From assembly GCA_964389655.1 (NCBI GenBank), contig CAYMED010000005.1:33081-97080 (forward strand): a DNA stretch of 64,000 bases, written 5' to 3'. This document shows, one piece after another, positions 58,340 to 64,000 of this stretch. Each line of letters begins with the position of its first letter. The first letter of the stretch is position 1. The notes beneath the pieces were generated by a model. That model saw only the letters and a program-made list of their open reading frames with translations. It did not search any database and was not told the origin of the DNA. Source of the DNA: an uncultured Candidatus Poseidoniales archaeon. Lineage in GTDB: Archaea > Thermoplasmatota > Poseidoniia > Poseidoniales > CAYMED01. The translations under genes and the position numbers were made by a program.

Positions 58340-60294
58340 CTCCCTTGATCTCCCTCGCGCTCTGAGAAAGTTCGGCTGATTATTGAAAGTGTGATGAACA
58401 TTAGCAGGCACGCTCCTATAATCACAGAGGAGGGCATGGAATATCGGTGTGCAATTCCTATCGACCCTGCAAATGGAACTGCTGCAATTAGCGCTGCAAT
58501 TCCTCCCTTGCGGCGGCCTATCACTAGTGAACCAATCAGGGAGATTAGCAAACATCCACTCTCAATCAGAACTAGCGCAGGGGTTGAACTCATCCCATGT
58601 TCTAATTGCATCTCGATGGAGTAGCCGGAGACTTGGAGAAGATCGACCTCATATGAAATAGATTCCAAACGGATTCCTCTCCGATGCAAGGGGTCTAAAT
58701 CTTGCGCCACAATCTCCTTTACCATCCAAAACCCGGAAGTCTCAAAGCTTCCCTCAATTTTCGCACCTCTCCATAATTCGGCACCATCACCCTTAAGTGG
58801 ATCTTTGAGAAGCAAAAAAGTCTCAGATGGAATGGGCTGTGATGAATATATTTTCATTACAATTCCACGGTCTGCCCGAACTTCGTTGTTGGTGAGTAAC
58901 TCGACTCGCGCTGAGAGGGTGGGCAAGTCAATTCGCTGAGCCCCAAGCAATGCTTCACTGTCTAGTCCTAATCCCGTTGACAAAAATCGATGTAGATTTT
59001 GTCCTGCTGCGAGATGTGCCTCTAACCTACTAATTTCGATAGGGTCAACATACCCACGTTCCCTCTCGGATGACGAAATAGCAGTCCCATCAATTCCTTT
59101 CCAGTATGAATTCGTCGTCAAGTTATCTGTTCCAAGGTTGTCGAGTCCCCAACGCATCCAAAGTGCTACAGGTCCTTGAAACTCTAGGTGGATACTTCGG
59201 TCCAATCGCCCTTCTTCATCCGTAACAACAACGACTTTCATATCACCATCCAACTGGTTATCTCCCATTCGGCCAGGTTCTCGTTCAGGATAATACCAGC
59301 CAAGGCCGTCATCGGATGATCCCGACTCATTAATCGTTACAGTACGTGTTGCTTCCATTGCCGGTCGGTCCAGCGATGGAACATCTAGAGTGAATGTGAT
59401 CTTGATAGTGGAACCATTTGCTGCGGCTCCTCTCGGAATGGAATATGTGAGCCGAACTAATTCATCAGCCGGTTCTGTAATCGGTGTAGTTGAGACTGGA
59501 TTTTCCCCATCAATCTGAATTGATGTTGTCCCCACTGCAATCATTCGCTCGGCAATTTCAGAGCCAATGACAACGGGAACATCAATTTCTGAATCTCGGA
59601 CAGCGGGCTCTTCAATCTCAATCCAGGCAACTGGAAGTGTCGTAATCACAAATGAATCAAATGTTTCAGTTCCCCATACTAATTCGGCCTTGGCACCTTG
59701 ACCTGCTAGTTGAAATGTAGCTGAGCGAACACTGAATGTTACTTTGATGGGTGTGCCAGCAGAGATAGTAGTCTTCTCAATATCAACTTCAAAATCTAGC
59801 TGATGAGTGCCAAGTGGATAAGACGTGGGTGTGTTGGTCTGAGAAGAAAATGCCTTGCCAGAAAATTCGATTTCAACAGATGCATTGATGAATAGTGCAT
59901 TTGCATCGCTAATTTCGAGTAGCAAGCTGATATTCCATGAATCTTCAGGAATCTCCGCATCTGATGGGATGGTTGATTCCCATACGGCAACGACTTGTTC
60001 ATTATTTCCGACCCCTCCCAAATCAACCGGTTCTATTGTTGCGCGATGTTCATCGCCAAGATCGGTAGAGAATGGAGACATGCTACCTTTTGTCGAATCC
60101 CCTTCTGCTGCACCGATCAGATGCCATGTTTGGGAAACAGGTTCACAGCATTGAGGTGTAGCCGCAACTGGGCTTGGGATTACGACAGCAATTGAGATGA
60201 GAATCAGTGAGATTGCAAAGAGGGGGGTCCTCTGAGTCTGATCCATGCTTATCTGCCCTGTTTTATTCATCAGGTATTGATCCATCGCAAACAT
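58336..60294 (-). CDS. Large secreted/membrane protein (signal peptide, beta-rich ectodomain, 3 C-terminal TM helices)
   Basis: Signal peptide ending SPVAA, PQCCEP, long ectodomain, three hydrophobic helices at the end. True start probably 60246 or 60270. Confidence 0.7.
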   Translation of the reverse strand: MFAMDQYLMNKTGQISMDQTQRTPLFAISLILISIAVVIPSPVAATPQCCEPVSQTWHLIGAAEGDSTKGSMSPFSTDLGDEHRATIEPVDLGGVGNNEQVVAVWESTIPSDAEIPEDSWNISLLLEISDANALFINASVEIEFSGKAFSSQTNTPTSYPLGTHQLDFEVDIEKTTISAGTPIKVTFSVRSATFQLAGQGAKAELVWGTETFDSFVITTLPVAWIEIEEPAVRDSEIDVPVVIGSEIAERMIAVGTTSIQIDGENPVSTTPITEPADELVRLTYSIPRGAAANGSTIKITFTLDVPSLDRPAMEATRTVTINESGSSDDGLGWYYPEREPGRMGDNQLDGDMKVVVVTDEEGRLDRSIHLEFQGPVALWMRWGLDNLGTDNLTTNSYWKGIDGTAISSSERERGYVDPIEISRLEAHLAAGQNLHRFLSTGLGLDSEALLGAQRIDLPTLSARVELLTNNEVRADRGIVMKIYSSQPIPSETFLLLKDPLKGDGAELWRGAKIEGSFETSGFWMVKEIVAQDLDPLHRRGIRLESISYEVDLLQVSGYSIEMQLEHGMSSTPALVLIESGCLLISLIGSLVIGRRKGGIAALIAAVPFAGSIGIAHRYSMPSSVIIGACLLMFITLSIISRTFSEREGDQGS

Positions 60295-60300
60295 TTGATG

Positions 60301-60651
60301 TCAAAGTGCTCGATCAAGGACACTTGATAATTCTCGCTCGAAGAGGCCTACCAAAGCTTCGCCTAAATCATCTCTCACATCTTCAGGGAGAATTGCAAGC
60401 CCTAGTCTTGCAGCAGCCCGAGAGGCGCGGACTTCAGCGAATAGACTACGCGCCTTCGCGTCGAAATAATATCGCATTACTTCTTGTAACTCGCTTTTCA
60501 ATTCCTCATCCGCATCTATGGTAGTTTTGATATGGGACTTCATTTCATCTTTCACAAGGTCCCGCAGTGATTCGATTAGCAGGTCTTCTGTTGCGATTAA
60601 TTCTCGGATCTGGTCGCGGACCGAACCGGCAATGAGACGTTCAATGGCCAT
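60301..60651 (-). CDS. Hypothetical helical protein
   Basis: 116-aa acidic/amphipathic ORF; TTCATA 29 nt upstream of the ATG. Confidence 0.7.
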   Translation of the reverse strand: MAIERLIAGSVRDQIRELIATEDLLIESLRDLVKDEMKSHIKTTIDADEELKSELQEVMRYYFDAKARSLFAEVRASRAAARLGLAILPEDVRDDLGEALVGLFERELSSVLDRAL

Positions 60652-60742
60652 GATACGCGAGTTTGCATTGACCGTATGAAACCAGCGCGGCTTGCGCTCG
60701 CTTCAAATATGTGAGTGCATCCGACTCGGTTAGGCAGCCAAC

Positions 60743-61168
60743 ATGAGCGAACCGATACTTGTTTCCGACCTTGAGCTAGATGATGAACATGATACGGTGT
60801 CAACTGACACCACGATCACAGATGCGACAAAGAAGTTGCTCTCTCTTCAGAGAGGAATTCTTGTTGTCTTGAATGATGATAGCAAGGTGCAAGGAATTGT
60901 ATCAAGCCTTCAAGTCCTTCAGGCAGTTGCCGAGGGTGAAAACCCCTCTGAATCAAGTTGTGGAAACCACATGGATACAGATGTGATGGAAGTGAATCTT
61001 AGTGATTCGATCTCTGATCTAGCTCAGAAAATGGCAGAACGCCGCCCACATGCAATCGTAGCAGTGGATGATTCAGGAAACTTTTCTGGATATTTCAGTC
61101 CGAATGACTATCGTGAGGCACTTGCCCGTACCCAAAAGACGGGCTTGGACAAGCTCGTTGGTGAATGA
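60743..61168 (+). CDS. Stand-alone CBS-pair protein
   Basis: Two CBS motifs (TV..D.TI.DA..L....GILVV.....VQGIVS..VL; M......V...DSI......M......IVAVD..G...G..S..D). Confidence 0.85.
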   Translation: MSEPILVSDLELDDEHDTVSTDTTITDATKKLLSLQRGILVVLNDDSKVQGIVSSLQVLQAVAEGENPSESSCGNHMDTDVMEVNLSDSISDLAQKMAERRPHAIVAVDDSGNFSGYFSPNDYREALARTQKTGLDKLVGE

Positions 61169-61275
61169 TTACGCCATGGGGTATGACTAGTTCTGCTCAG
61201 CAGAAGGGGTGTCGATCCATGCCCTCCTTCCTTCATTCATCTATGAGTAGGCCTCTCGGACCTCTTTCCAGTGGA

Positions 61276-62757
61276 ATGGGCGGAAAACAAACAAAAGCCC
61301 TTTTTATTGGTGTCTTAATGCTGGCATTCGCGAATTCAGGTTGTCTTCGAGATGATCCCCCTCCTCCTCCCCCACCCGAGCCTCCTTCTCCTGATTGGCT
61401 CTTTGTAACTGGACCGGATGGACTACCTGTGGATGTGCCTATGTTGCCCCTCACTTTCAATTTCAGTGATGTGGGAGAGACTGGTAAGGAACCCAGTATT
61501 GGCATAACTTCGAGTGGTTGTATTTTCTTCATCGCCATGGAGAAAGTGATGAGATCTTGTGATCATGGTCAATCATGGGAAGAGACACAGGATCCCGTAC
61601 AGTGTTCGCCTACTACCAGCGATCCCTATGGTTGGGTTGATCCAATCACCGATCGCATCTTCAACGTGCAGATGATTGGTCTTGAGACGTCATGGATATG
61701 TTGGAGTGATGATGATGGCGCCTCTTGGCTAGGCAATCCACATGATTCAGGAACTACTCCAATCAATGATCACATCAAATTGGCAAGCGGCCCTTGGACC
61801 AGTGATGGATATGGTGCGTTGGGACAATTCACTTCGAGTTTCTACGAAACTGCGGTATATTACTGCTACAATAAATTAGCCGGGATATTCTGCTTCACAA
61901 GTTTTGATGGGGGTGCAACCTTTGATGCTGGAGGGCAGATTATCGGTCTCGCAACCACCAATGGGGGTCTGCATGGAGCGATTTCCACCGCTCCGGATGG
62001 CACGGTATACGTCACCCCCCGAGTAGAGACTCCGACGGTCATCGTTTCCAAGGACAATGGATTCTCATGGTTCGAAAGAACGATGGGAGAAGATGTTTCT
62101 ACACCTTACCCCCGTAAGAATTCAGAAGTTTCGACAGATTCTGCCTCTAATGCATATCATATATGGACAGGTGCCGATGAGGGAGTCTACATGTCTCGTT
62201 CAACTGATTCAGGTGAAACTTGGGAACAAGAGAGTATCCGAATCTCTCCGGTTGAAGTCATCTCATCGGTATTTCCACAAACCGATGCAGGCGACCCAGG
62301 GCGAATTGCAATAATGTACCTTGGAAGTGAGAATTCTGAGATGCTAAATCAATCAGACCTCGATGGTAACCCTTGGGACGGCAATGCTCACTATGCACCG
62401 AACAATGTTACCTACCATCTCTACATTACCTACAGTCTCAATGCTCTAGACTCCAATCCAGTCTTCCACACCATGAGGGTGACTGACGATCCGGTACAGA
62501 GGGGGAGTATCTGCCTCAATAGTGGGGATTGCCGTGATATCGGTGGTTCTAACAGGAACCTTTTGGATTTCAATGACTTACATATCGACAGGGAAGGGCG
62601 CGTTTATGTTGCCTTTGCCGATGGTTGTACCGGTTCGTGTGCAACGAATAATAATTCCAGCGCCGAGGATTCCAGAGATGGTAGAGGTTCTGTCTACTAT
62701 CTAGGAAGCGGCCCCAGTCTGTATGACTCTGTAGGCGACCTCACTCCATTTGAGTGA
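61276..62757 (+). CDS. Lipoprotein-like BNR/Asp-box beta-propeller (sialidase-fold) protein
   Basis: Lipobox-like LAFANSG/C, polyproline linker, five Asp boxes (SCDHGQSW, SDDDGASW, SFDGGATF, SKDNGFSW, STDSGETW). Start MGGKQ (61276) preferred. Confidence 0.8.
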   Translation: MGGKQTKALFIGVLMLAFANSGCLRDDPPPPPPPEPPSPDWLFVTGPDGLPVDVPMLPLTFNFSDVGETGKEPSIGITSSGCIFFIAMEKVMRSCDHGQSWEETQDPVQCSPTTSDPYGWVDPITDRIFNVQMIGLETSWICWSDDDGASWLGNPHDSGTTPINDHIKLASGPWTSDGYGALGQFTSSFYETAVYYCYNKLAGIFCFTSFDGGATFDAGGQIIGLATTNGGLHGAISTAPDGTVYVTPRVETPTVIVSKDNGFSWFERTMGEDVSTPYPRKNSEVSTDSASNAYHIWTGADEGVYMSRSTDSGETWEQESIRISPVEVISSVFPQTDAGDPGRIAIMYLGSENSEMLNQSDLDGNPWDGNAHYAPNNVTYHLYITYSLNALDSNPVFHTMRVTDDPVQRGSICLNSGDCRDIGGSNRNLLDFNDLHIDREGRVYVAFADGCTGSCATNNNSSAEDSRDGRGSVYYLGSGPSLYDSVGDLTPFE

Positions 62758-62773
62758 GGATTTTATTGGCGAT

Positions 62774-64000
62774 TTACCAAGCCAGCTCTGATACATCTCG
62801 GTCATGTTCTGGGTTGTATACCGTGAAAAATTCGTCATTATACGAGATTACAGCCAGTTCTGAGTCATTCATTTCTAACATTTTGTTGACTTTCCCTGTG
62901 ATGTATTTTGCAGTGTGCTTGTTGAAGCCCAAGACTCTCGCTCTCTCCTTCATTTTTCTATTCCAGTACTCTAACTCAGTTCTGAGAAGCTTTGCTTTGC
63001 CAGTATACTCACGCACTTTGTCCTGCAATAGGAGCAATTCATCCGAGCACGCCTCAATCTGGACATGTTTATTCACTCGTGCCATTCGCTTGGATGATCG
63101 ATGCGCTCCCTTTAGGATTCTCGCACCTATTGGCGAGTGCATAATGGCGAACATTGTTCCCGCACTCACAACACCTGCAACAGCATATTGTCCCCCGGGA
63201 ATATTGTCAATGAGCGATGCATCATCGTCCACGTCCTCTTCAACCACTTCGGATGCACTGTTTGTCGTGAATGCAGTAGATGAGGAAGTTGCGGAAAGGT
63301 CTACATTTCCGGCAGCATCGAAAACCAAGACGCGAATTTCTAATATGGTGTCATTTTCAAATGGCACGCCTTGATTGGTTCCTACGAAGTCAATGCTCGA
63401 TTCCATCTCAAAGCTGAGGTTTGCAGATTGCAAAATGGTGCCAATCTCGTCTAGGATTAGAACTTCATAGCGAACCACGTCATCACCTGTGGACTTAGTC
63501 CAAGAAATATGTATGACTCCAGATGTGTTATTTTGATAGACTTCAAGGCCTGTTATTGGTGGTGGTGCAACAAGGTCGAGAATATCTGCAGTTCCATCTG
63601 AGCTGTTTTCTGTTCCACCCGGACCATCTGGTACGATTTGCCTGATCGCAATTGATCCAAAGCACTCGGCAATGGCTATGTCGCTGCATATTGTAGTCAA
63701 TGTGATGTTATTCAACCCTGGCTTCAGCGTCCTAATGACGATGAATATTTCATCTGAGCTAAAAATGGAGACATTGAGCGAATATGCATCATTACCCCAT
63801 TGACCTGGATCATCATCTAATCTTACGAATGTGTCTCCATGTCCAAACAACATAAATCCTCGGGTTGTTTCATTCAAGTAGTTAAATTCGATTATAGCAC
63901 TTCCGTTAGAGTAGAGCCCAAATGGTCCCAATTCCACTTCATAATATTCTTCTTCGTCCCAATCGTCTATTTCTTCAATATGGCCTGTTCCTGTGTCACT
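62774..64000 (-). CDS. 5'-truncated surface protein: fibronectin type III-like domain, TM and cytoplasmic coiled-coil domain
   Basis: Frame is open to the window edge; D.VAPPPITGL..IHISW...DDV.RYEV..VLVFDAAGN (FN3), then a hydrophobic segment and a ~120-aa basic helical tail. Confidence 0.7.
   Translation of the reverse strand, partial: SDTGTGHIEEIDDWDEEEYYEVELGPFGLYSNGSAIIEFNYLNETTRGFMLFGHGDTFVRLDDDPGQWGNDAYSLNVSIFSSDEIFIVIRTLKPGLNNITLTTICSDIAIAECFGSIAIRQIVPDGPGGTENSSDGTADILDLVAPPPITGLEVYQNNTSGVIHISWTKSTGDDVVRYEVLILDEIGTILQSANLSFEMESSIDFVGTNQGVPFENDTILEIRVLVFDAAGNVDLSATSSSTAFTTNSASEVVEEDVDDDASLIDNIPGGQYAVAGVVSAGTMFAIMHSPIGARILKGAHRSSKRMARVNKHVQIEACSDELLLLQDKVREYTGKAKLLRTELEYWNRKMKERARVLGFNKHTAKYITGKVNKMLEMNDSELAVISYNDEFFTVYNPEHDRDVSELAW

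Noticed and set aside
58340-58555. Full 117-aa ORF 58202..58555 as an independent gene
   Set aside because: Its first ~70 codons overlap the TM-coding end of the 652-aa gene on the same strand; only the distal zinc-ribbon part looks coding.

Overview
A gene-dense archaeal chromosomal segment, most likely from Marine Group II (Poseidoniia, Thermoplasmatota). This is inferred from archaeal markers (CarS, uS15, ArcS, AglB, tRNA-Ile2(CAU)) together with DnaJ and the style of the large surface proteins; it was not checked by a database search. I found no CRISPR array, integrase, transposase or rRNA. Housekeeping genes (thiolase, HD phosphohydrolase, carS, GATase, purD, dnaJ, arcS, rps15) flank a ~35-kb block (12981-47671) devoted almost entirely to the cell surface. 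That block holds: a 3401-aa AglB/STT3 oligosaccharyltransferase with intact motifs, fused to a ~1750-aa Ig-like stalk and a second membrane anchor; a membrane subtilase with no apparent propeptide; a 1488-aa beta-helix/Ig surface protein coupled to a wHTH-STAND-TPR protein; an operon of a YycJ-type MBL hydrolase plus three class III signal-peptide (pilin-like) proteins; and two more giants, a 1958-aa protein with ~25 DxDxDG Ca-binding repeats and a 1742-aa anchored protein with a polyproline tail. This looks like a glycosylated envelope/adhesion biogenesis locus and is the best candidate for an undescribed system. Other highlights are a TctA-like permease paired with an extracellular multi-OB-fold protein, a pyroglutamyl peptidase-Nudix fusion, a catalytically eroded DHH/RecJ remnant after rps15, a probable frameshift that detaches a zinc ribbon, and a relaxed TTNAWN TATA-like box 28-30 nt upstream of many apparently leaderless starts. 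All family assignments come from motifs read by eye.
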